A stretch of DNA of 64,000 nucleotides from an uncultured Clostridia bacterium (GCA_944350085.1 CALVNY010000013.1:2812-66811), one strand, 5' to 3'. Shown: positions 28,245-37,619, counted from the first letter of the stretch. The notes: generated by a model not told the origin, from the letters alone. Program-made: numbers and translations.

Positions 28245-30281
28245 ATGAATATTTGTTTGGTTCATGAAGAGTATCCGGAAGAAACAAATTTTGGTGGTAT
28301 TGCAACATATCAAAAGGCATGTGCTGAAGAATATGTTAGGCAAGGGCACGGGGTTTATGTTATATGCAGAGGTTTAACAAAAAATCAATCTTACATTGAA
28401 AATGGCGTAAATATTTTTAGAATTTATGTTGAAAAAACGGAAAACCAAATTGATGATTATGTTAAATACAGAAAGCTAGTTTGCGAAAAATTATTGGAAC
28501 TTCAAAACGACAACAAAATTGATATTATTGAGGTGCCAGACTGGGGAGCAGAAACAGTTTTGTTTGAGGAATTTAGAAAAATTCCTTTGGTGGCAAGGCT
28601 TCATACTCCTTTAAAAGTGTGGTTAAAATATAATAAAAACAAGTTTGGTGATGTTACAAATTTAATGTTAGATTGGGAAGACAAAATGCTAAAAAGTGCA
28701 AATCTAATTACTTGTTGTTCAAATGCATTAAAAAAATTGATAGTAAAAGATTTTAAAATTAAACCACATCTTATTAAAGTAACTCCAAACCCTGCAAATT
28801 TAGTTAATTTTTATTACGACAAATCAATTGAAAAAGAAAATGTGGTTTTGTATGTAGGCAGTTTAGAAGAAAGAAAAGGCGTTTTGGTGTTAGCAAAGGC
28901 ATTGAATAAAGTTTTTGAAAAATTCCCTAATTTTAAAGCGAGATTTATTGGCAAGGACACAACCAGAAACAATCTTAATATTTCAACAGTTGAATATATT
29001 AAACAACTTGTAGATGAAAAACATAGGGACAAATTAGAATTTTTAGGACAACTAAAAAACTTTGAATTAAATTCTTACATAAATAAAGCAAAGTGTGCAG
29101 TGTATCCATCTTTGTTTGACAATTTCCCTTATGTTGTTTTGGAAACAATGGCAACAGGAACACCTATTGTTGGAAGCAAAAATTCAGGCATGGTGGAAAT
29201 GCTGGAAGATAATACAAGCATTTATAAAACGGGAAACAGCCACGATTTAGCAATTAAAATTATAAACACATTGCAAAATAAAACTTTTGAAAAAAGAAAT
29301 ATTGACAGAGTAAATTATTTTTATAATTCAAAACAAGTTTGTGGCAATATGTTGCAAATGTATGAAACCACTATTAAGGAATATTTTGGTTCAAAAATTA
29401 CACTTGAAAATTTTGAACAAATTTTAAAACTATCACTTTCTAAGCAATCAAAAGTTTTAAATATTAGTAAGGAATATGGTGGGGTTGCAAACAAGGTTTA
29501 TAATGTGCAAACCGAATGTGGTAAAACCTACATAATTAAGCAATATATGTATGATTATGATTTTAGTTTGTCAAATATGCTTTACAATGCCTATTTAAAA
29601 AATAACATAAATGTTGTAAAGCCAATAAACGAAGAGCCAATATATATGTGCCATTGCTATTTTAATGTTTTTGAATATTTAAAAAAAGATGTGATAAATT
29701 GTATTGATGACTCTTATTTGCAAGGCTTAATTTTAACAGATAGATTGGTTGATGATAGAAACATAGAAATTGTTAATAAATGCCAAAATTACTATAATGG
29801 CATTTTGAATTTAGATGTTAACGAAAAATTTTTAAAAGAAGATTGCAAATTTGTTCAAAATGTGTTTAATCAAGTTAAGGATAAAGAAATTTTAAAAGAA
29901 AAATACTTGAATCATGGAGACATTTCTTATTCCAATATTATAAGCAACAACAATAAATTATATTTAATTGATTTTGACGAAACACTTGTTGCTCCAAAAT
30001 TATATGATTTTGCCGTTATTACAATAAAAATTTTTACAAAAAATGGTAAATTAAATAAAAGAAAATACAATCAATTTTTTGATAACTTAAAGAACAAATT
30101 AAATTATACTAACGATGATTACTTAACAATTATTAAGTTTTATTTGTGCAAAATTTTATTAGAAAAGTTTTATTTGCACTATACAAACAAAATCAATCTA
30201 AAATCTAAAACACAAAAGAAAGATTATTATTTACAATATGTTAAACTTTTAAAGTATTTTACAAGCAAAAGTGAATTATAG
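28245..30281 (+). CDS. GT4 glycosyltransferase fused to a C-terminal APH/choline-kinase-like (protein-kinase-fold) domain
   Basis: N-terminus: GGIATY, LHTP, and the EX7E region FDNFPYVVLETMATGTPIV. C-terminus: Brenner motif HGDISYSN (from 29913) and LIDFDE. Confidence 0.7.
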   Translation: MNICLVHEEYPEETNFGGIATYQKACAEEYVRQGHGVYVICRGLTKNQSYIENGVNIFRIYVEKTENQIDDYVKYRKLVCEKLLELQNDNKIDIIEVPDWGAETVLFEEFRKIPLVARLHTPLKVWLKYNKNKFGDVTNLMLDWEDKMLKSANLITCCSNALKKLIVKDFKIKPHLIKVTPNPANLVNFYYDKSIEKENVVLYVGSLEERKGVLVLAKALNKVFEKFPNFKARFIGKDTTRNNLNISTVEYIKQLVDEKHRDKLEFLGQLKNFELNSYINKAKCAVYPSLFDNFPYVVLETMATGTPIVGSKNSGMVEMLEDNTSIYKTGNSHDLAIKIINTLQNKTFEKRNIDRVNYFYNSKQVCGNMLQMYETTIKEYFGSKITLENFEQILKLSLSKQSKVLNISKEYGGVANKVYNVQTECGKTYIIKQYMYDYDFSLSNMLYNAYLKNNINVVKPINEEPIYMCHCYFNVFEYLKKDVINCIDDSYLQGLILTDRLVDDRNIEIVNKCQNYYNGILNLDVNEKFLKEDCKFVQNVFNQVKDKEILKEKYLNHGDISYSNIISNNNKLYLIDFDETLVAPKLYDFAVITIKIFTKNGKLNKRKYNQFFDNLKNKLNYTNDDYLTIIKFYLCKILLEKFYLHYTNKINLKSKTQKKDYYLQYVKLLKYFTSKSEL

Positions 30282-30292
30282 GAGAGTAAAAT

Positions 30293-30901
30293 ATGAAAAA
30301 AATAATTGCGCTTATGGGGCCAAGTGGTGCTGGCAAAACAACTCTTGGTAATTTGTTGGAAACACGAAACAATATTGTTGTTCCAAGGCATTGTACAACA
30401 CGCAGTCCAAGAAGTGATGACAAGGATGGTTTTTATAGATACTTAACGCATGATGAGTATAAAAAACTTTATGATGAAGAAAGATTTATTTTGTCTTCTG
30501 GAGACGGACCAACAGTAAAAAAAGAATATGGTAATTTTTATGGTGTTTTAATGGAAGACTGTGAAACTGCATGGAGATTAAGTGACACTATTTTGCTTTA
30601 TGTGTCTTATAAAGATTTATTTACTTTAATAGATATAAATCGAAATGGAATTAAGGTTGATATAGTAAACCTTACATTTAAAGATGTTGAGTCGGGTGTT
30701 AAAGAACGCTTGTTAAGTGACAAAACTAGAAACCACACAGAATCAGACATTGAAAGAAGGATAAATTGTGCCGTTGAATACGAAGAAAAGTACGGCAAAG
30801 CAATAGAAAGGTATGTTACTTCAAAGGTTTATACTGACATTTTTAATATTGAAGAAACTTACGACAAAGTATGTGATGATTTATGTTTAGGAGAAGATTA
30901 A
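30293..30901 (+). CDS. guanylate-kinase-like P-loop kinase
   Basis: GPSGAGKTT, CTTRSPR...DGFYRY, and YGNFYG motifs. Confidence 0.6.
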   Translation: MKKIIALMGPSGAGKTTLGNLLETRNNIVVPRHCTTRSPRSDDKDGFYRYLTHDEYKKLYDEERFILSSGDGPTVKKEYGNFYGVLMEDCETAWRLSDTILLYVSYKDLFTLIDINRNGIKVDIVNLTFKDVESGVKERLLSDKTRNHTESDIERRINCAVEYEEKYGKAIERYVTSKVYTDIFNIEETYDKVCDDLCLGED

Positions 30902-31116
30902 TGGAAAACAATGAAGAATTATCTTACAAAAACACTTTGAATCAAGTTTGTACAACGCTAGATTTGGCAATAGAAAATTCTAACATACAAAACAAGGAAT
31001 TAAGGCAAAAACTTTTTGCATTGTCATCTTTTGCCGAGTTTTTAAAAGCAGGTGCTGATGTTGAAACAAATGGAATAAACAATAATGTGGCAGAATTTAA
31101 AATAATTTTAAAATAG
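30901..31116 (+). CDS. 71-aa hypothetical protein inside the operon
   Basis: The ATG shares one base with the upstream TAA (TAATG). Predicted helical. No motif recognised. Confidence 0.4.
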   Translation: MENNEELSYKNTLNQVCTTLDLAIENSNIQNKELRQKLFALSSFAEFLKAGADVETNGINNNVAEFKIILK

Positions 31117-31126
31117 GGGTAAAAAA

Positions 31127-31621
31127 ATGGAAAAGTGGGATTTATACGACAAAAATAGAAACAAATTAAATAAAGTTGTAAATAGGGGCGACTATTTAAG
31201 TGATGACGAATATCATTTGGTTGTAAATGCATGGATCAAAAATGATAAAGATGAGTTTTTGATTACTCAAAGAAACGCAAAAAAAAGTTTTGCTTTTATG
31301 TGGGAATGCACAGGGGGTTCTGCTTTAAGTGGCGAAACGTCGCTTGATGCAGTTGCAAGAGAAGTTAAGGAAGAATTGAATATAGACATAGACAGATCAA
31401 AAGCAACTCTTTTTGATTCTACTTTAAGATATTACAAAGGTTGCCCAGACATTTTAGATGTTTGGGTTATTGTGGACAACACACCAATAGAAAATGTTAA
31501 AATTCAAGAAGAAGAAGTTATGGATGTTAAATGGGCAACAAGGCAAGAAATTATGGATTTATATAATAATGGAAAATTTGAAGCAAATGCATTTTTTAAG
31601 GAAGTAATAAGCAGAGGATAA
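31127..31621 (+). CDS. Nudix hydrolase
   Basis: Nudix box GGSALSGETSLDAVAREVKEELNI. AGGGG RBS. Confidence 0.75.
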   Translation: MEKWDLYDKNRNKLNKVVNRGDYLSDDEYHLVVNAWIKNDKDEFLITQRNAKKSFAFMWECTGGSALSGETSLDAVAREVKEELNIDIDRSKATLFDSTLRYYKGCPDILDVWVIVDNTPIENVKIQEEEVMDVKWATRQEIMDLYNNGKFEANAFFKEVISRG

Positions 31622-32736
31622 TGAAAGAAAAAGTATATTATGTGGGATTTAATGCAAATAATGCAATTTGCAACGAAAGTTTTTTTGAAGGTTCAATAAC
31701 TCTTTATCCAACAAATGAAAAGGGAAACATTCCTTTTATAAAAGATGGCTCAAAAAAAATTAATAATTTAGATTTAGAATATAAAGAATTTGTTGAAACT
31801 CAATTAAATAAGATAACAAGTGAAAATTCCAACGCAAAAATAATGTGTTTTAACGAAAAAGCAAAAAAAGTTTGTAAAAATTTTAACAATTATTTTACAT
31901 TAAGCAACAACGATGATTTAATTCTTATGTTAAACGACAAGTTTAAAACAAGAGAGTTGTTAAAAAATGAAGTTCCAATTTTAAATTATATTTGGCTAGA
32001 CGATTTAAATTTAAGTTATGATGAGATTGCAAATAGGTTGAATAGTTCAACATTTGTTGTTCAGGCAAAAGTTGGTGCTGGTGGAAACACAACTTACAAT
32101 GTAACAAGTGCTGTAGATTATTCTTTAATAAAAGAAAGAAGTGGAAAATTTTGCGTTTCAAGTTATATATCAAACACGCCACTAAATGTAACAGCAATTA
32201 TAACCAATGATAAAGATATTATTTTCCCTGTTTCTGCACAATTAATTTTGTCTCATAGTTCCAATTTTACTTATGTTGGTGGTGATTTTGTTTTTGCAAA
32301 CACTTTAAACAAAAATATAATAAGCGACATTAACAAATACACAAAAAAGATATTAGGCGTTTTAAAAAATTTAGGATATAGGGGAATAGTTGGAATAGAC
32401 TATATTTTAACTAAAAATGATGAAATTTTGTTTATGGAAATCAATCCTAGGTTTCAAGCATCTTCGTTTTTAATTAATTTAGAGTTAAAACAAAAAGGTT
32501 ATCCATGTTTAGCCGAATTAAATTATAAAGCACTAAACAATATCAAAATTGGAAAAATTGTAGATATTAATATAAATAAAAGTTTTTTAAATTGTGGAAA
32601 TTCAAATGAATTTAATGAATTTAAAGATTTTAAAATTTTACTAAACGGCTATTCAAAATTAAACAAAAATTCAGTATATAGGAAAATATTTGACTATTCA
32701 TTAATAAATAACGATATGTTTGAACATATAAAATAA
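31621..32736 (+). CDS. ATP-grasp domain ligase
   Basis: VVQAKVGAGG..., and GIVGIDYILTKNDEILFMEINPRFQAS (Mg/ATP site E-x-N). Start shares one base with the upstream stop (TAATG). Confidence 0.65.
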   Translation: MKEKVYYVGFNANNAICNESFFEGSITLYPTNEKGNIPFIKDGSKKINNLDLEYKEFVETQLNKITSENSNAKIMCFNEKAKKVCKNFNNYFTLSNNDDLILMLNDKFKTRELLKNEVPILNYIWLDDLNLSYDEIANRLNSSTFVVQAKVGAGGNTTYNVTSAVDYSLIKERSGKFCVSSYISNTPLNVTAIITNDKDIIFPVSAQLILSHSSNFTYVGGDFVFANTLNKNIISDINKYTKKILGVLKNLGYRGIVGIDYILTKNDEILFMEINPRFQASSFLINLELKQKGYPCLAELNYKALNNIKIGKIVDININKSFLNCGNSNEFNEFKDFKILLNGYSKLNKNSVYRKIFDYSLINNDMFEHIK

Positions 32737-32740
32737 AAAA

Positions 32741-32770
32741 AGTTAGCAAAATGCTAACTTTTATTTTTTT
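32741..32770. terminator. bidirectional terminator
   Basis: AGTTAGCA / TGCTAACT hairpin between an A-run and a T-run. Confidence 0.75.
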
Positions 32771-32783
32771 ATATTAAGCAATC

Positions 32784-35408
32784 TTATTCTTTAAAACATT
32801 TTGAAAGCACAGGTTTTACTAATTCTATTAGCAAAAATCCTATTATGTTAATTCCAACAACTGCAAGGAATTGCATTACAGTTATTGTTGAAAGTCCAAA
32901 CAAGACACCAACTGGGGTAAAGAATACTATTATTTGAACTAACAATAAAATTAAAATACTTATATTCATAAAACTGTTATTAAACAAACCTTTTTTAAAC
33001 GCAAAAGTTCTTAATTCTTTACAGTTGTAAGTAAATGTAAATTCAGATAATACAACTGAAAGCAATGACAATGTTTGAGCAATTTCATATCCAAAATAAT
33101 GTTTAGCAACAAAGAACACAACTAAGGAAACAGCAACCTCAATAATTGCCGAAACTACAATGGAAGAAACCATAAACCCATTGAAAATTGGTTTGTTAAG
33201 TCCGTTAGGTTCTTTTTTCATACTATCCTTGCTGTCTTTTTCAAAAGCCAATGCAATTGAAGGAATTGTGTCGGCAACAATATCAATATAAAGAATATGA
33301 AGTGCAGTAATTATATCTTGGCCAATAATCATGCCAAACAAAATTAAAAATATTTCTGCAAAGTTACTTGATAAGTTATAAAGAATTGTTCTTAAAACAT
33401 TGTTGTAAATTCGTCTGCCTTCTTCAACGGCAGTTATAATTGTTGCAAAGCTGTCGTCCATTAAAATAATGTCGGCAACACTTTTTGTAACATCGGTTCC
33501 TGCTTTTCCCATGCCTATTCCAACATGTGCTAGTTTTAAAGCAGGGGCGTCGTTTACGCCATCACCTGTCATGGCAACCACTTTTCCAGCAGCTTGAAAT
33601 GCTCTAACAATTCTAACTTTATGCTCAGGTGTTACTCTTGCAAACACTGTATATTTTTTAACAAAACTTACAAGTTCATCATCAGTTAAACCATTAATTG
33701 CGCTTCCTTCAACGCCTTGTTTGTTTGTGGTTGCAATTCCAACATCTTTTGCAACTGCCATTGCTGTTGCCAAACTATCCCCAGTAATCATTATAGGACG
33801 CATTTTTGCTTCAATACATTTTTGAACTGCTTCTTTAACGCCATCTTTTGGTGGGTCAATCATGCCAATTATTCCAACCAAAACTAAATCGTCCTCATCA
33901 TCTTCGGTGTAATTTTTCTTTTTAGAAACATTTTTATAGGCAAGAGCCAAAACTTTGTATGCTTTTCTACTCATTGAGCGTTCTTTGGAAAGAAACTTAT
34001 TTTTAACTAGTTTTGACATTTTGTATTCTTTGCCATTTTTTAGGTATTTTGTGCTTTTGTTTATAATTGCACCCAAACTACCTTTTGTAAACATTCTTAG
34101 TTTTCCATAATATTCGTTAATGGTGCTCATCATTTTTCTAGTTGAATCAAATGGTATCTCATTAACTCTTTTATGTTTTTTTCTAATAGTGTTTATATCA
34201 ATATTTTTATTATATAAATATTTACTCATTGCAATTTCAACAGGGTCGCCAATGTATTCGCCTTTTGCTTTTACATCATTTTCAGTGTCGTTGCAAAGTG
34301 CTAAAACATTGTTTAGTTGATGCAATTCATCTTTGTTTGATTTTACATCTAAATATGTTTTGCCATTTGTAAATATTTCAACCAAAGTCATTTGATTGGT
34401 GGTAATGGTTCCTGTTTTGTCGGAACAAACTATTTGAGTTGCACCCAAAGTTTCAATAGCAGCCATTTGTTTAACAATGGTTTTTCTTTTTGACATTTGG
34501 TTTACACCAATTGTTAAAGTTGCTGTGATAGATATTGGCAAAACTTCAGGAACTGATGCTAAAACCATTGAAATACATAGCATTATAATTGAAATTGCAT
34601 CTAAATTTTTAATTAAACCATAGCAAAGTGTTAATGCAATCAATACGCATGCAATAACAGTAATAAAACTGCTAACTTTTTTAACTTTCACTTGCAAAGG
34701 TGTTAATGTGTCGTCTTTTTTATTTAGTCCACCAGCAATTGCACCAATTTCTGTATTCATGCCGGTTCCAACAATCACGGCTTCAATTTTTCCATTAACA
34801 ACGCTTGTGCCACTATAAACCATATTAACTCTGTCTTGCAAAAGACAAACTTTTGATATTGGGTCAACAGACTTGTCAACAGCAAGGCTTTCACCAGTTA
34901 AAATAGATTCGTCAACTTTACCATTTATGCATTTAAAAATTCGGCAGTCGGCAGGCACTTTGTCGCCAGCATCTAGTAAAACCACATCGCCAACAACAAG
35001 TTCATTAGTGTCAAGTTCAACCCATGCACCATCTCTTTTAACTTGAATTTTTGACACTGTTAAATCTTGTAAGGCGTCAATGGCATTTTCGCTTTTTAAT
35101 TCTTGGAAAAATCCCATAAGGGAGTTAATTAAAACACATCCAAAAACCACAATAGATTCTAGCAAACTTTCGTTTGTTACTATTGAGTAAACCAACGAAA
35201 CAATACCAACTAAAATAAGCAGTAAAATCATCATATTTTTAAATTGACTTAAAAATATGGTAAAAGGGCTTTTCTTTTTTTTCTGCTCTAAAACATTTTC
35301 GCCATTAGTTTTTAAGCGTTCTGAGGCTTCAATGCTGGTAAGACCATTTTCATCACTGTCCACATCAGCAAAAACCTGTTCTATTGATTGTTGATAAAAA
35401 TTTTTCAT
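32784..35408 (-). CDS. P-type ATPase, Ca2+-transporting (P2A/P2B-like)
   Basis: TGES, CSDKTGTITTN, MITGD, and TGDGVNDAPALK motifs. 10-TM layout. 874 aa. Confidence 0.85.
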   Translation of the reverse strand: MKNFYQQSIEQVFADVDSDENGLTSIEASERLKTNGENVLEQKKKKSPFTIFLSQFKNMMILLLILVGIVSLVYSIVTNESLLESIVVFGCVLINSLMGFFQELKSENAIDALQDLTVSKIQVKRDGAWVELDTNELVVGDVVLLDAGDKVPADCRIFKCINGKVDESILTGESLAVDKSVDPISKVCLLQDRVNMVYSGTSVVNGKIEAVIVGTGMNTEIGAIAGGLNKKDDTLTPLQVKVKKVSSFITVIACVLIALTLCYGLIKNLDAISIIMLCISMVLASVPEVLPISITATLTIGVNQMSKRKTIVKQMAAIETLGATQIVCSDKTGTITTNQMTLVEIFTNGKTYLDVKSNKDELHQLNNVLALCNDTENDVKAKGEYIGDPVEIAMSKYLYNKNIDINTIRKKHKRVNEIPFDSTRKMMSTINEYYGKLRMFTKGSLGAIINKSTKYLKNGKEYKMSKLVKNKFLSKERSMSRKAYKVLALAYKNVSKKKNYTEDDEDDLVLVGIIGMIDPPKDGVKEAVQKCIEAKMRPIMITGDSLATAMAVAKDVGIATTNKQGVEGSAINGLTDDELVSFVKKYTVFARVTPEHKVRIVRAFQAAGKVVAMTGDGVNDAPALKLAHVGIGMGKAGTDVTKSVADIILMDDSFATIITAVEEGRRIYNNVLRTILYNLSSNFAEIFLILFGMIIGQDIITALHILYIDIVADTIPSIALAFEKDSKDSMKKEPNGLNKPIFNGFMVSSIVVSAIIEVAVSLVVFFVAKHYFGYEIAQTLSLLSVVLSEFTFTYNCKELRTFAFKKGLFNNSFMNISILILLLVQIIVFFTPVGVLFGLSTITVMQFLAVVGINIIGFLLIELVKPVLSKCFKE

Positions 35409-35749
35409 ACTTCTCCTTTTAATAAATTTTAAATTAACTTAAATCTTAATTAATTATTAACCTAAATTTTAATTAATTTACAATAAATATAATATCATAT
35501 ATGCCTTATATCACAAAATGTTTTTATACTTTTATACTATGTATATAGGGTTTGAATATTTTATTAAATATTTAATCTATAATATTGTAAATAACATTTT
35601 AAATGTTTGAAATTTATAAATAATGGTTGTTGCATAATTTGCTAAAAATAAAAATTATATTAAAAAATTTACAAAAATTTCCAATAAAAACTTGTTTTAG
35701 ATTGTTTATATTTATGAAAGCAGTTTAATATTGCTTACAAACACTCCTT

Positions 35750-35785
35750 AACACAAGGCTAATACTCCCTTGTGTTATTTTTTAT
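35750..35785 (+). terminator. orphan rho-independent terminator (no upstream + strand gene)
   Basis: Perfect 9-bp stem AACACAAGG (35750-58) / CCTTGTGTT (35768-76), followed by ATTTTTT. Confidence 0.6.
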
Positions 35786-35931
35786 GTTTTTATTTTATAA
35801 TTGATTTTTTGGTTGTGCAAGCTTAAAATTGCAGTTTTAAATGGAATATTTTTTGTTTTAAAATCTATTTTAGTTAATTTTTGGAAATAGGTGTGTTGTG
35901 CTTTACATCTATTTTTTTATGATATATAATT

Positions 35932-35945
35932 AGAACAGATGTTCG
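35932..35945. promoter_or_regulatory. LexA (Cheo/SOS) box overlapping the polymerase promoter
   Basis: AGAACAGATGTTCG fits the Gram-positive consensus CGAAC-N4-GTTCG (GAAC-N4-GTTC). It lies immediately after the -10-like TATATAAT (35923-35930). Confidence 0.75.
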
Positions 35946-35981
35946 ATAAATGTATTTTGTGTGTTGCAGGGGTGATTGCCT

Positions 35982-37223
35982 ATGAGATATATATTACATT
36001 CAGATTTAAACAATTTTTATGCAAGTGTGGAATGTTTGCTTAATCCAAGCATAAGGAACAAAGCTGCTGTTGTGGTTGGCGATGCTGAAAAAAGGCACGG
36101 AATTGTTTTGGCAAAAAATTATATTGCAAAAAGTTATGGTGTTAAAACAGGAGATACCATTTGGGAGGCAAAAAACAAGTGTATGGAGGAAGTGGTCACA
36201 GTTCCTGCTCATTTTGAAGTTTATAAAAAGATTAGTAAGTATGTTAAGGATATTTACAGGTCGCACAGCAATAGAGTGGAAAGTTTTGGAATTGACGAAG
36301 CGTGGATAGACATAACAGAACGAGTAAAAAATTTTAAAGAAGCTGAGGAATTGGCAAACAAAATAAGGTTGCAAGTGTTGATGGAAGTTGGAATTACAGT
36401 AAGCATAGGTGTTAGTTTTAACAAGGTGTTTGCAAAATTAGGTTCGGATTATAAAAAACCCAACGCCGTTACGGTTATTAGCGACAAAAATTACAAGGAC
36501 ATTGTTTGGCCACTCCCATGCAACGATTTAATTTTTGTTGGAGCAAAAACCAAAGCAAAATTAAACAAAAATAACATTGTTACTATTGGCGACATTGCAA
36601 ACGCAGGAAAAGATTTTATGCGAGAGTTGTTGGGCAAAAATGGTGAATCTATTTACAATTTTGCTTGTGGGTTAGATTGTAGCCCTGTTAAAATGGTGGG
36701 CGAAGAAGACAAAATAAAATCAGTTGGCAACAGCACAACTTGTCCAAAAGATTTAAAAACAGATGCCGAAGTTAAAAGTGTTATTTACATACTTGCTGAA
36801 AATGTTGCAAAAAGAATGCGTGCCAAAAATTTGTGGTGCACTGAGGTTTGTTTAACCATAAAAAATTCAAAATTGCAAAGCATTGACAGGCAAAGGAAGT
36901 TGGAAAGTCCAACCAATCTTGCGGGAGTTATTGCATCGGTTGCTTATGAAATATTTAAAAGTGAATATGCGTGGAGTGACACAATTAGATTATTAGGCGT
37001 TAGGGCAAGTGGAATATGTGACAAGCCTTTGCAGTATAATTTCTTTATAAATGAAGATAATATAATAAAAAAGCAAAGGTTAGAAGAAACTATTGATGAA
37101 TTAAGAAGTAGGTTTGGATACAAAATAATTACAAGGGCTTGTGTTAAAGGAGATATTGAACTTTCCACCATAGACCCAACCGAACCACAGCACAATATTC
37201 ATCCATTAAGTTTTTTAAAGTGA
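35982..37223 (+). CDS. dinB: Y-family DNA polymerase (Pol IV / UmuC-like)
   Basis: ILHSDLNNFYASVE, SIDEAWIDIT, and GVSFNKVFAKLGSDYKKPN motifs. AGGGGTG RBS before the ATG at 35982. Confidence 0.85.
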   Translation: MRYILHSDLNNFYASVECLLNPSIRNKAAVVVGDAEKRHGIVLAKNYIAKSYGVKTGDTIWEAKNKCMEEVVTVPAHFEVYKKISKYVKDIYRSHSNRVESFGIDEAWIDITERVKNFKEAEELANKIRLQVLMEVGITVSIGVSFNKVFAKLGSDYKKPNAVTVISDKNYKDIVWPLPCNDLIFVGAKTKAKLNKNNIVTIGDIANAGKDFMRELLGKNGESIYNFACGLDCSPVKMVGEEDKIKSVGNSTTCPKDLKTDAEVKSVIYILAENVAKRMRAKNLWCTEVCLTIKNSKLQSIDRQRKLESPTNLAGVIASVAYEIFKSEYAWSDTIRLLGVRASGICDKPLQYNFFINEDNIIKKQRLEETIDELRSRFGYKIITRACVKGDIELSTIDPTEPQHNIHPLSFLK

Positions 37224-37226
37224 TAA

Positions 37227-37460
37227 GTGCAAAAAGAGTATGTTGAAGTTGTAGTTAAATTTTTAATAGATGGAACAAAAGTTCCCCTATCAATCAAGTG
37301 GATAAACAATGAAATTTTTAAAATTGACAAAGTCGTGGAAGTAAAAAATAGAGCAAGTTTAAAAGTAGGAGGCTTTGGGGAAAGATATCTAATAAGAATC
37401 AATGGTCAAGAAACCTATTTATTTTTTGAGTTTGGCAAATGGTTTGTTGAAAGGAAATAA
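37227..37460 (+). CDS. 77-aa protein coupled to the Y-family polymerase
   Basis: GTG start 3 nt after the polymerase stop. A terminator follows directly. No motif recognised. Confidence 0.45.
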   Translation: MQKEYVEVVVKFLIDGTKVPLSIKWINNEIFKIDKVVEVKNRASLKVGGFGERYLIRINGQETYLFFEFGKWFVERK

Positions 37461-37619
37461 TTTAATTTATTTCCTTTTTTATTTAATTAAATTGCATATA
37501 ATAATCATAAACAACAAGCAAAACATGTAGAAAATAGGCTTTGTTTTTAAAATTATTTTACAAAACGCAAATTTAATTATATATTAATAATGTTTATATA
37601 AAGGATATATGGAGAACAA

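Noticed and set aside
36006-36374. 122-aa minus-strand and 79-aa + strand ORFs inside the polymerase gene
   Set aside because: Both lie within or overlap the Y-family polymerase CDS, whose motifs are unambiguous. Neither has an RBS.
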